From assembly GCA_013416795.1 (NCBI GenBank), contig RQSC01000854.1, positions 27,597 through 91,294 on the forward strand: 63,698 nt of DNA, read 5' to 3'. Source of the DNA: Prasinococcaceae sp. CCMP 1430. Taxonomy: Eukaryota; Plantae; Prasinodermophyta. This document shows, one piece after another, positions 42,274 through 52,397 of this stretch. The translations under genes and the position numbers were made by a program. The first letter of the stretch is position 1, and the number at the start of each line of letters is the position of its first letter. Under the pieces are notes generated by a model. It was not told the DNA's origin. It did not search any database and was given only the letters and a program-made list of their open reading frames with translations.

Positions 42274-43761
42274 TCACTCGACGAGGATGGGGCTGTCGAG
42301 CACCGCGAACCCGGCGGCGACGCCGCCCTCGTCCGAGCTGGCCTGCTTGGTCCGCAGCAGCGACCCGCCCTCGGCGTTCAGCACCACGTTGTCGCCGTCG
42401 CGGAGGAACGTAGAGAAGATGCCAAGCTCAGACAGGACCTCCTGGTCGGGCAGCACAAGCCCCTCGCGCAGTAGCGTGGCACGCAGCACAGGTGGGCGGA
42501 TGCGCTGCATGAGCACGTACGCGCCGCGCTCGGCGTCCGTTGCCTCATCGCCGAGCAGCTTGGTCAATTCGGCGGCCATCTCGGCGCCGTAGAGGTTGTT
42601 GCCGCCACCCTCTCGCTGCGGCTTGAGGACGAATGCGGAGGGGTCAGCAATGGCCGCGTGGGCCGCCTCAAGGCCCTCAGCGTCCAGCAACGACCACAGC
42701 CCCGCAAACGTCTCGCGCACGCGCGCGGACGCCGCCGCGTCAAGGAAGCGCTCCACCTGCCCGTCGCCAGCAAGGTACTGCTGCACACGCTTGGTGCCCG
42801 CAAGGTGGTACGCCGCCGAAGGGCACTTGACGCAGTCGGAAAGCTCTACGATGCGGCGGGCATCCCATTCGGCTTCCGTCGGGTAGTCCGTGGGCGCGTA
42901 GCCAGCGCGGAAGTACGCCACCGCCACGCGCTCGCCGTTGTAGCTGAGCGCCCCGCTCTCGTCGTCGACCACGCCTTTCGCCTTGACGTCGGCGAGCGTC
43001 GCGCGCACGGCCGGCACGCGGTGCCTCTCCCACAGCATGTCGGCGATCCAGCGCTGGTCGTAGGCGTTGCGCTCCCCGGGCTGCACGATAAAGAGCACCA
43101 CGGCCCCCGGATCTGCGTACGCCGACCATGCCGCAGCGAGCGCGTCCGCCGGCGCCTCGAGGCTCGAAGACTCAGGCATGCGTTGCAGCGAGTAGCCGCC
43201 GTCGACAACGGCGGCCGCGGTGGCGAAGCGCTCCACTAAGTGGCGGTGTGCTCTGGACACCAGCGCCCCGAGCGAGGCGAAGCTCACAGAGATTGTGTTC
43301 ATCTCTACCTGGAGTAGCGCGCCCGACTCGCCATCGAGCATGTAGTCCGAGCGGTGGATACCGAGCTCGAGCCGCCGCCGCGGCTTTTCGCGCGCCGTGT
43401 CGGCCGCGCGCGCCTCCTCGTAGATCTGCCATATGCGTGCGGTGAAGGGGTCACCTGCGAGCGTACCCGTGTCCACCAGCGCCTCAGTGAGAAAGTCGTG
43501 GTCCGCTGCGACGGCGTCCACCAGCTCGTTGAAGTCGGTGGCAACAGCCTTGGCGCGGCGAAATGCCGCTGCGGGGAAGGGCGTCGGCAGCAGGCTGACG
43601 GGTGCATGGCACGTCGCCGTGCCAGCTGCTGGGGGCTCAGACGCGCCGTCAGTGCCGCCCAATCCGACCAGCAACCCATGCAGCGCGGCCCAGCACACCA
43701 TGTCTTCGGCCATCGCCGCCGCTGACGCGCCGCCCACCGCCGCGTCCACCGCCGCCCCCAT
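42274..43761 (-). CDS. GSH2: Eukaryotic glutathione synthetase
   Basis: HAPVSLLPTPFP, LGIHRSDYM, QVEMNTIS, ERNAYDQ, YFRAGYAPTDYP, VLKPQREGGGNNLYG, SELGIF, EGGVAAGFAVLDS. Confidence 0.95.
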   Translation of the reverse strand: MGAAVDAAVGGASAAAMAEDMVCWAALHGLLVGLGGTDGASEPPAAGTATCHAPVSLLPTPFPAAAFRRAKAVATDFNELVDAVAADHDFLTEALVDTGTLAGDPFTARIWQIYEEARAADTAREKPRRRLELGIHRSDYMLDGESGALLQVEMNTISVSFASLGALVSRAHRHLVERFATAAAVVDGGYSLQRMPESSSLEAPADALAAAWSAYADPGAVVLFIVQPGERNAYDQRWIADMLWERHRVPAVRATLADVKAKGVVDDESGALSYNGERVAVAYFRAGYAPTDYPTEAEWDARRIVELSDCVKCPSAAYHLAGTKRVQQYLAGDGQVERFLDAAASARVRETFAGLWSLLDAEGLEAAHAAIADPSAFVLKPQREGGGNNLYGAEMAAELTKLLGDEATDAERGAYVLMQRIRPPVLRATLLREGLVLPDQEVLSELGIFSTFLRDGDNVVLNAEGGSLLRTKQASSDEGGVAAGFAVLDSPILVE

Positions 43762-43955
43762 CTCCGCGCTCCGCCTTCCGCATTCCCCCTGCGCCAGCTC
43801 CTGTTCGCTCGCGCATCCGCCACGGGAAACGCACCTCCGCCTGTCCACGCGCGCTGTCGACCGCGTCGCGCATATGCACCAAGTCGTCGCCGTCGTCTGC
43901 GCCCTGCTCGAATGCCGCCGCCCCTATCGTTTTGCGCGCCATTGCCCACAGCTCN

Positions 43956-45088
43956 GCGCCCGCCGAGGACCAGCCGGCGCCGCCAATGTCGGCGTCGGCG
44001 TCGCGGGAGTCGGCTGCTGCTGCCGCGGCTTCACGCGCACCGGCGGCCTCACCACGGCGGTCGCGGGCCTGGCGGAACTGGCGCGTGCCCTGGATGTCGG
44101 GGTCGCCCATGCCGCGGCGAGCGCGCTCGCCCCTCTGTATCCGGCGCTCCACCTCCCAAGGCGACCACATCTTGGCCTTGGTCGGCGCCGCCCTGCCCCC
44201 CATGCGCCTGAGCTCCTCCACCTTCAGCACGCGGAATGCCCCGAGACCGAGGCCCGACGGCATGCTGAGATTGCCGATGGAGATGCGCTTGAGGCGCTTG
44301 ACGTAGACCCCTGCGGCCTCGCAAAGGACGCGCACCTCACGGTTGCGCCCCTCGGCGACCTGCACGACGACCTGATTGTCGTCCTCCTGGCGCACGGCCA
44401 CTGGCACCACGAACGCGCCGTCGACGGTGGTGCCCGCGGCGATGGCCTCCAACTGCCGCCGCGTGAGCTTGCTGGAGGACAACACCGAGTACTCCTTGAG
44501 CACGCCATTGCTGGGGTGACTCACCGCATTGGCGAACGCGCCATCGTTGGTCATCAGGAGCATGCCCGTGGTGTTCACGTCCAGCCTTCCGACGTTGAAA
44601 AGGCGAAGCTTGGCAGCACCGGCTGGTGCGGCCGCCTCCCAGCTCGCCACGAAGTCCTTCAGAAGGCTCGTTACGGGCTGGGCCGAGTTCTCCGACACAG
44701 CCGAGCAAACGTAGCCCTTGGGCTTGTTCACAAGGATGTAGATCTTGCGGTCCGCGTTGGGGTCGCTCTTTAGGTCCCCGCCCACCTTCTTGCCGTCGAC
44801 AGTGATCTCGTCGGCCAGCGTGACCATGTGTTGCGGGAGGTGCACGGGCTCACCGTTGACCTTCACGCGCCCATCGAACACCATCTGTTCCGACGCGCGG
44901 CGCGAAGCGACACCGCGCTGCGCCATGGCCTTGGCCAGCCGCTGCGGCGCATCTTCGACGTCGTTCTTGCCCCCCCTTCCACCCCTGCCACCGCGGCCAC
45001 CACCACGACCGCCACGACCGCGACCACCGCCGCGGCCCTGCCCGCCGCGGCCGCCCGCCGCGACCACCGAGAGCGTCCGCGAGGGCTG
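43956..45088 (-). CDS. S4-domain rRNA pseudouridine synthase, RsuA/RluB family (plastid SVR1-like); 5' end in the gap, 3' end unresolved
   Basis: QRLAKAMAQRGVASRRASE (S4), NKPKGYVCS, RLFNVGRLDVNTTG (catalytic Asp), EGRNREVR; RGG-rich N-terminal part. Confidence 0.92.
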
Positions 45089-45471
45089 NNNNNNNNNNNN
45101 NNNNNNNNNNNNNNNNNNNNNNNNNNNNNNNNNNNNNNNNNNNNNNNNNNNNNNNNNNNNNNNNNNNNNNNNNNNNNNNNNNNNNNNNNNNNNNNNNNNN
45201 NNNNNNNNNNNNNNNNNNNNNNNNNNNNNNNNNNNNNNNNNNNNNNNNNNNNNNNNNNNNNNNNNNNNNNNNNNNNNNNNNNNNNNNNNNNNNNNNNNNN
45301 NNNNNNNNNNNNNNNNNNNNNNNNNNNNNNNNNNNNNNNNNNNNNNNNNNNNNNNNNNNNNNNNNNNNNNNNNNNNNNNNNNNNNNNNNNNNNNNNNNNN
45401 NNNNNNNNNNNNNNNNNNNNNNNNNNNNNNNNNNNNNNNNNNNNNNNNNNNNNNNNNNNNNNNNNNNNNNN
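45089..45471. other. Assembly gap (N run)
   Basis: Continuous Ns. Confidence 1.
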
Positions 45472-45713
45472 CGGCGGGCCGCAGGCGTGCCACAGCTGCC
45501 GCAGCCGCGGCGCCCTGCCGGGGCGGGCGCGCTGGGCGAGGGCGTCGGCGCGACTCAGTGTGTGTTAGGGGGGGTGGGGGTGAGGGGAGGAAGGAGGTGC
45601 CCCGGGGGAAGGAGGGGTGGCGACGCCTTGTGGCTGCGGCCGGCGTGACCTCGTCGCGCGGCGCGAGCCCAGCACCCCCCACAAGAAGGCCAGACGGCCA
45701 GAACGCCCGTGCG

Positions 45714-47384
45714 ATGGCGCCGAAGCTGCTCACGCCTGCGTGGGTCTCCGGCGAGAATCCAGACACGCCCCTAGAAGACATCACGCGTCTGAGTGCTGCC
45801 GGCCAGGGCTTCACCGGCATTGCGAACCTCGACGCGCTGCCCAAGCTGCGCGGGGCCGACTTGTCGAACAACGCGCTTGACTCCCTCGCGGGGCTGCAGT
45901 ACAGCGAGCACCTGAGCTGGCTCAAGGTGGCCGGCAACGGCCTGCAATCACTGGCCGACCTGCGGCCGCTGTCCAAGCTGACCACGCTCAACGCGGGCAA
46001 CAACAAGCTGCGCTCGCTGGAGGGCGTAGGTGCGCTCACGTCGCTTCGTGCGCTCGTTCTCAACGACAACGAGCTCAGCGACTACCGCGGGCTGGGCGAC
46101 CTCGAGCAGCTTGACGCGCTCGTGCTCAGCCGCAACCGTATCACCGAGCTCGGCCCGGGTGCCTTCAAGCACTATGCAAACCTCACGAAGCTGAGCCTTA
46201 GCAACAACAAGCTGCGCACAATTGGTGGCTGCCTGCGGCGCTGCCTCAACCTTCAGGAGCTGCGCGTGACGCACAATCTGCTCACCGAATTGCCCGAGGA
46301 CCTCGCGCTGCTGCAGTCGCTGCGCATTATCGAGGCGGGTCACAACGAGCTCCGCAGCACGCAACTGCCTCTCCTACGCCAGCTTCGCGGGCTCAAGCAC
46401 CTCACGCTGCAGGGCAACCCCTGCGCGAACGCGAAGTCCTACAGTCGCGAGGTTGTCGACGAGCTGCCCGACCTCACCCATTTCGACAACAAGCCCATCG
46501 AGGGGCGCGCACGCGTTCACAAACGCGTGCACAAGGGCGACCGTCTCACCTTCAAGGTAAACCAGGAGGCTCTCAAGGGGACGATCTACGCGGCGCCCAA
46601 GAAGGACGGCGTGGAGTCTAAGAAGGAGTTGGAGGCGAAGCGCGCTGCCGAACGCAAGGAGGCAAAGGCCGAGCGGCGGCGGCTGCGCCACGAGGCGCGC
46701 GAGCGCCGCGCTGCCGCCCGCAAGGCGAGTGACGCCTACGCCGAAGGGCGTGCCTTCGGCCGCGCCAGGCTGGCGGAGATGCAAGGCAAGAGCAGTGGCG
46801 ACGCTAAAGAGGACGGCGGCAAGGAGGACAAGCTCGGCAAGGGGCGCCACAGCAAGGAGGAAAAGGCGGTAAGGAAGGCGGCCAAGGAGGCCAAGGCGCG
46901 TGCGCGCGCGGACGAGCGAGCGAGCGCTCTTGCGAGCAAACGCGATGGCGCCTCGGCCGGCGCCGATACCGACGCGGCACGCTCGGGTCTGTTGGCAGTG
47001 GAGGAGGGACAACGGACGGGCAGCGGCCGTGCGCGTGGGGGAGCAGGCAGCAGGAGCGGCGCGGGCGCCGCAGCTCTGGCCGCCATGGGCCTCGTGGGCG
47101 CTGCCACACTCGCTGGCGGCACGAGTGCGGGCGCAGCGTTGGGGCTGGGCGCCGGTGTCGGGCGCGGTGGTGCGAGCGCGTGGGACGACGAGCCCGCTCC
47201 TGCCGCGCCTGCTGCCGCGGTCCCTGCCGCCGTCGCCGCTACAGCGGCGGTTTCTGACAAACGCAAACGCAAGAAGTCCGAGATGAGCGCGGGTGTTGCA
47301 TCCGACGAGGCCGCCAATCAGCACGAGCGCAAGTCTCAGTCCAGGGCGCTCAAGAGCTCGCGCTGGGCGCTCAAGAAGTCGTAA
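45714..47384 (+). CDS. SDS22-like leucine-rich repeat protein with basic low-complexity C-terminal tail
   Basis: About 9 LxxLxLxxNxL repeats plus LRRcap (GNP...Y...LPDLTHFD). Confidence 0.88.
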   Translation: MAPKLLTPAWVSGENPDTPLEDITRLSAAGQGFTGIANLDALPKLRGADLSNNALDSLAGLQYSEHLSWLKVAGNGLQSLADLRPLSKLTTLNAGNNKLRSLEGVGALTSLRALVLNDNELSDYRGLGDLEQLDALVLSRNRITELGPGAFKHYANLTKLSLSNNKLRTIGGCLRRCLNLQELRVTHNLLTELPEDLALLQSLRIIEAGHNELRSTQLPLLRQLRGLKHLTLQGNPCANAKSYSREVVDELPDLTHFDNKPIEGRARVHKRVHKGDRLTFKVNQEALKGTIYAAPKKDGVESKKELEAKRAAERKEAKAERRRLRHEARERRAAARKASDAYAEGRAFGRARLAEMQGKSSGDAKEDGGKEDKLGKGRHSKEEKAVRKAAKEAKARARADERASALASKRDGASAGADTDAARSGLLAVEEGQRTGSGRARGGAGSRSGAGAAALAAMGLVGAATLAGGTSAGAALGLGAGVGRGGASAWDDEPAPAAPAAAVPAAVAATAAVSDKRKRKKSEMSAGVASDEAANQHERKSQSRALKSSRWALKKS

Positions 47385-47548
47385 TGGCCCTTTGTATTTG
47401 TACAACCGTCGTTGTGCACTCTTGCACGTTGGCGCCGCGCGCCACACGGATTGCTGCGGCGTGCTGTCGCGCGCATGCCGTGAACGTGTGCCACTGTGCG
47501 CGGGCGCCCCTCAGTGTGTACCAATAGTCTAAAATACAAATCGCCCCC

Positions 47549-47992
47549 TCAGACCGCGCCGTTGTCTACATCGATGCGCGTGCCCAATGGCGTTATCCTA
47601 TTCTGACCGTAGAGCGCGTTGCCATTGGGTTGCAGCCGCTGGGTGGCAACGCGCACGTGGCCCAAGCCGTGGCATTGCAGGCACGTCGCCGACTGGGAGC
47701 CGCGGCGGCGCGAGCCACGCGACGTCTTGACGACGCCAGAGCCATTGCACGCGTAGCACTGCTGCACCCATTGGTCGACCGGCTGGTTGCAATCTTGCAC
47801 TTCAGCGTCGCAGCTGTCCGCCGCGGGGTCGTGCGTGTATCCGTCGGGCACGTCACTGCCGTCGAACGGGTATGCGAGCGACATCGGAAGCGGCCGTTCG
47901 GCGGGGTGCCTGTTGACGCTGTCGGGCCGTGACGCCGCGCGGGGCCGCGCGCGCCGCGGGCACATCCCCGCGGCGCCGCCTCGCGCCGCCAT
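47549..47992 (-). CDS. Small DnaJ-type zinc-finger protein, probably organelle-targeted
   Basis: Two CxxCxGxG motifs (CYACNGSG, CLQCHGLG); Ala/Arg-rich N-terminus. Confidence 0.75.
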   Translation of the reverse strand: MAARGGAAGMCPRRARPRAASRPDSVNRHPAERPLPMSLAYPFDGSDVPDGYTHDPAADSCDAEVQDCNQPVDQWVQQCYACNGSGVVKTSRGSRRRGSQSATCLQCHGLGHVRVATQRLQPNGNALYGQNRITPLGTRIDVDNGAV

Positions 47993-48568
47993 CGCGTCCG
48001 CCGCCGCCGCAGGACAGCTGCCTCCCGCGCGCGGTGTGCCCCCCACCGCACCACACACACCCTCCACCGCCTCACGCGGAAGCCGCCCGGCCCCGCTGCG
48101 CCCGCCGCCGACTAAATATCTCAGCCCGAATCGAGTGACTGCGAATTCGGAGGGGTCGAAGGAAACATCGAAAATCTCCCACAAGGGCCCCGAAACGGTC
48201 CCACTCTCCCAAACCCCAGAGCCCCCCGAAAGACCCAAAAAACGAGGGTCCCAGCGTCACGAGACCCGTCAACGCCAGCGCAGCGGAGCCACTCACACTG
48301 AGCCAAAAAAGCAGCGGAAGCACTGTCGAGCACAGCCGAACGCCCGTGTGCAATGGAAGTTGACGTATGAAAGCTCTCCCGTGGGTACTCACATCGCTGC
48401 ATTGGACGGATGGTGACTTCGCGATCCCATCCGCAGACCAAATTCAAACCCTAAATTGTCATCCAACCCGAAGTCCGGAGCCCGTGGTTTGGGCGGGCGG
48501 AAGCGCGCGCGCGCGCGCGCCACTCGCCGCGCGCGCCGAGGGGCGCGCGCAGTGGCGGGGGCGCAGGG

Positions 48569-50419
48569 GTGAGCGGCGGCGGGAGCGGCGGCGCCCCGTT
48601 GCGCGTGCACGCGTCCGCGGGCCTGCTCTCACGCGCCTTCGCCGAGCTCGGCGTGCCGCGGCGCTCGCGGCGTGCGTTGCTGCTGCTCGCCGAGGGCGTG
48701 AGAGCGCCCGAGGACGCCGACAGCGCAGCGGCAGCCTACGTTGAGGCGCTTCTGTCGCAAGGGGCGCCCGCGGTCAGTCCAGATGAGGCGGCGAGGGGAA
48801 CGGCGGTGGACGCGCGCGCGAGTCCGAGCCAGAGCGCAGAGGGCGGTGGGGAAGGCGAGACGGACGCTCTGGCATCCGCGAATGCAGCCGCCCCTGCGAG
48901 CGCAGGTGAATCCACGAGCACGCGCGAGGCCGCTGTGGCCGCGCGTCAGCGCGTGGCGCTTGCTGCTATTTGGGAGCTGCTCTCCGTCCTCGTCGGTGGC
49001 CTTGCGGGGGACGTGACCCACGCCGTGCGCTGGTACGACGCGCGCTCGCGCGTCGCGCTGAAGCAGATATGTATGTGGACCGGCCTCCCGTGGCCCCGTG
49101 TGGGCGCGCTGGAGACCCTGGCGTGCGACGGACTCGCTCAGCTTCGCACGCCCACGCGCATCCAAGACAACACGGATGGGAGTGACACACCGACCGGCGA
49201 TGACGTGCGCGCTCAGTTGCGCGCAGAGGTGGTCCAAAGCTCGGAGGGCGGGGCGTTGGGCGTGCGGCTCGCGAAGGTGACTGCCGCCGCAGCTCTGGGC
49301 GGAGCGGCACTCGCGCTCACCGGTGGCCTCGCCGCGCCCGCGATCGCCGTGGGGATCAGCACCGCGGCCAGCAGCGGTGTCGCGGCGTCTGTGGGCGCGG
49401 GCGCGGCGCTCAGCGCCGTCGCAGGAGGGCTTGGAACGTCGGCGGGCGCCGCGGGAATCACAGCTGGGCTTGGTGGATGGGGCGCCACCAAGATGGCGAA
49501 CAAAATGCTGCGACGAACACAGCCAGTGCGTGAATATGGACTCCTCGCGCTGGGCCCGGCCTCACAGCTCGAAGCGGCGCGCGTCAGGGAGGTCGAGCGC
49601 GCGCTTGCGTGTCGCACCGACGACGGCGTGCGTCTCGAAGTTCCACCGTTGCCGCTAGCCGCCGCTGGCAGCAATTTGGCCGTGCTGGTGTGCGTCTCGG
49701 GGTGGGTGGCCTCCCGAGCCGGGTATGTAGAGCCGTGGCACAAGGGACTGCCCTCGGCGCAAGACGGGGCTGCAGACAGGGACGCCTATGCCCTCGTGTG
49801 GGAGGCAGACGAGCTCGTTTCATTGGGCACCGCCTTGGCGAGCTTCCTCGCGAGTCAGACCGTTCAGGAGGCCATCAAGCAGTTCGCCGCGCACACGGTG
49901 GCGGGCGCGCTCGTGGCCTCCTTCGCGTGGCCCTTCGCGGCGCTGAGCGCCATGGCACCCGTTGACAATGCGTGGAGCATTGCGCTCGTTCGCTCTGAGG
50001 TGTGCGGCGCGCTGATCGCGCGACAAATCCTCGAGAATCGCTTCGCAGACAGGCCGGTGAGCCTGGTCGGTTACTCAATGGGCGCGCGCGCAATCTTCCA
50101 CTGCCTGCTGCACCTGGAGGAGGCCGGCTTCACGGGCGCTGTGGAGGATGTATTCCTGCTAGGCTCGCCCATGAGTGCATCAGACACCGAGGCGTGGCAG
50201 AGGGCGCGCTCGGTAGTTGCGGGGAGGCTCGTGAACGGTTTCAGCACCAAAGATGGCCTGCTGGCCCTCGTGTATCGGGGCACTCACCTGGACACGCCAG
50301 CAGGCCTGAGTCCGGTGGGTGTGCCTGGAGTCGAGGACGTCAATCTGACGCGTGTAGTCAGTAGTCACAGCGACTACGCGGAAAACACGGACGCTTGTGT
50401 GGAGGCATGTCGCGTGTGA
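48569..50419 (+). CDS. TMCO4/DUF726 alpha/beta-hydrolase-like membrane protein; start uncertain
   Basis: YDARSRVAL, ALTGGLAAPAI, DNAWSIALVRS, RPVSLVGYSMGARAIF, RSVVAGRLVNGFS. Confidence 0.88.
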   Translation: MSGGGSGGAPLRVHASAGLLSRAFAELGVPRRSRRALLLLAEGVRAPEDADSAAAAYVEALLSQGAPAVSPDEAARGTAVDARASPSQSAEGGGEGETDALASANAAAPASAGESTSTREAAVAARQRVALAAIWELLSVLVGGLAGDVTHAVRWYDARSRVALKQICMWTGLPWPRVGALETLACDGLAQLRTPTRIQDNTDGSDTPTGDDVRAQLRAEVVQSSEGGALGVRLAKVTAAAALGGAALALTGGLAAPAIAVGISTAASSGVAASVGAGAALSAVAGGLGTSAGAAGITAGLGGWGATKMANKMLRRTQPVREYGLLALGPASQLEAARVREVERALACRTDDGVRLEVPPLPLAAAGSNLAVLVCVSGWVASRAGYVEPWHKGLPSAQDGAADRDAYALVWEADELVSLGTALASFLASQTVQEAIKQFAAHTVAGALVASFAWPFAALSAMAPVDNAWSIALVRSEVCGALIARQILENRFADRPVSLVGYSMGARAIFHCLLHLEEAGFTGAVEDVFLLGSPMSASDTEAWQRARSVVAGRLVNGFSTKDGLLALVYRGTHLDTPAGLSPVGVPGVEDVNLTRVVSSHSDYAENTDACVEACRV

Positions 50420-50572
50420 TGCGTCTCTGCACGGGCGTGCGCGTCGTGGGCTAGCGCACACTGAAGCTGTAGACTACTAGGGCCAATCTCCCTCACTGTA
50501 CAACCACGTAATGTATCATATACATGTATACATCTGGCCACGCTGCGGTTACAGCGGCGCGACCCGAACAAA

Positions 50573-51577
50573 TCAGAGCATGCCCATCGCTCGCAACTTC
50601 TCCTGCAGCTTCGAGGTGGGCCTGCGGGCACACTCGGTGTCTTCCTTGGGCGCCTGTGTCCTGTCAGGCCGCGTGAGCTCGCGTGGTGGGCTCGGCTCGC
50701 CCTTCGACGCTGGCAACAAGCCCACCGCGCGCGACCCAGATCCTAAGTCGTCCGGTGCGGCACTGCGCTGCGCCGGCGACTGCTTGCTGAGCGCCCCCAA
50801 GTTCCTCTCAAGCCTATCATCCATGTCACTGAAGAGATCAGCGAAGGGGTTGTATTGGTCGCCCTCGTCAGCCCCAGCCCCGTCTGAGGAGGTCCCTGCG
50901 CCAACAGCGCCGAGCTGTCCTGTCGAGCGCACTTCTTGTGTCGACGCAGGTGGGCTCAGCTGTAGCGGGGCGCGCGTGCACGCGCTCGACGGTGTCGAGA
51001 GGGCGGCGTTCGGCCGATGAGGCCGTTGCTCGGAGCGACAGCCTGCAGGTGGCGACGGTTGCGTGCTAAGATCCACCACCGATGGCTGAGTGCTCAGATC
51101 TACCACCGCACCTGCGCGCTCGGCGACGCGCAGTTTCTCCTGTTCGATCTCGCCGACGGTGCGCACCACCTGCAGCTCGAGATCGGACTCGCTCGCGTTT
51201 GCGCACCCATCAGCAGAGCCAGGCTGGGGCGTGCTCGGTTTGGTGCGCTTCGCGCGCCGCGGCCGCGCGCTCGTGCGCTGCGCGCGGGGACTACGCAGCG
51301 CATCTCGCTCCCCGTCGTCTGCCCCGTCCGTGCGCCAGTCGCTCTCGTCGCTGCCGTCGCCGTCTCCGCTCGGTCCTTTCTTGTGCTCTGGCGCTCTCTT
51401 CTTCTTCGCACCAGCAGCGCGCTTCGCAGGCTGCTTCTTCGGCGCAGGAGCTGCGGGGGCTGCGGCCGCGCCGTCCCGAAGGCACAAAGGGACGTACCCA
51501 CCGTAACGCGATACCTGCGTGGGCCTGTCCGCGTCTCGCCCCGGCTGCTGCTCTGTGCCAGCGCCGGCGCCTCCCAT
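50573..51577 (-). CDS. Hypothetical low-complexity protein with basic NLS-like segments
   Basis: Open frame filling the space between neighbours; duplicated VVDLSTQPS; no recognised domain. Confidence 0.5.
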   Translation of the reverse strand: MGGAGAGTEQQPGRDADRPTQVSRYGGYVPLCLRDGAAAAPAAPAPKKQPAKRAAGAKKKRAPEHKKGPSGDGDGSDESDWRTDGADDGERDALRSPRAQRTSARPRRAKRTKPSTPQPGSADGCANASESDLELQVVRTVGEIEQEKLRVAERAGAVVDLSTQPSVVDLSTQPSPPAGCRSEQRPHRPNAALSTPSSACTRAPLQLSPPASTQEVRSTGQLGAVGAGTSSDGAGADEGDQYNPFADLFSDMDDRLERNLGALSKQSPAQRSAAPDDLGSGSRAVGLLPASKGEPSPPRELTRPDRTQAPKEDTECARRPTSKLQEKLRAMGML

Positions 51578-52397
51578 AGCCACGCCGCACACACACGCCG
51601 AGGCAACGCTCTCGCGCCCCCCTCCCGCGCGGGGCGCGCCGCGCTCGGAGCGCGTCGCGTACGGCGCGCGAGCGCGGCGCCGTCGAAGTTGGAATGGAGC
51701 GGGTGTGTTTGCGGGGCAGGGGCCGACCTCAGCCGCCGCAGGTGCGGCACGCCGCGCGCCGGGCGCGGCGCGTGTGGCGCCAGCCCCTCAGGCGCCCACA
51801 CCGTCCGGCGCCGTGCCTGCGCACACGCACGCACGCACGGCACCCGCGCACGCGCATCGCTTTTTAAGGTTTTATACCTTAGGGTTTATCAAATATTTCA
51901 AACCCTTTCATAGTGCCATAAATACCCAAACATTGGTTTGGGTTATGTGTGGTTCCGCGCGGACGGGCTCATCGGCGGGAGCGCGATCCGCCGGCGCCCG
52001 CAGCCGGCCGCACGCGCGCACCACGAAATATTCTACCGCGTTTTAAGTACCTCGTTATGCATCTTACGGCCGAAGAGTTTGCGGAGTTCGTGTCGAAATG
52101 GGCGTAATTCCACGGGCGGTTACGCCCCGTGCGGAGCGATGGCGGGGAACCGCGCAGATCCTGCTCGTTTGGCGCGTGGCGTACGGCGCGAGCCTCCCTC
52201 CCCCCCTTCCCCCTCTCCTCTGCGTGCGTTGGCGTGCACCTGCGCCCGCGCAACCAGCACCGCCCGCGCCCGCGCGTGCGTGCTCGCGCGCGCGCGACAC
52301 ACGCCGTGCCGCGCACGCGCTGTGCACGGGGCTTGACGGAGACGCGCAGGGTCGCGGGGGCGCTGGGCGGCCGGCGAATTTTTGAAAGGCGAGCAGG

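Noticed and set aside
43649-47384. 806-aa and 879-aa ORFs spanning the N gap
   Set aside because: Artefacts of translating through Ns; they cover two divergent genes.
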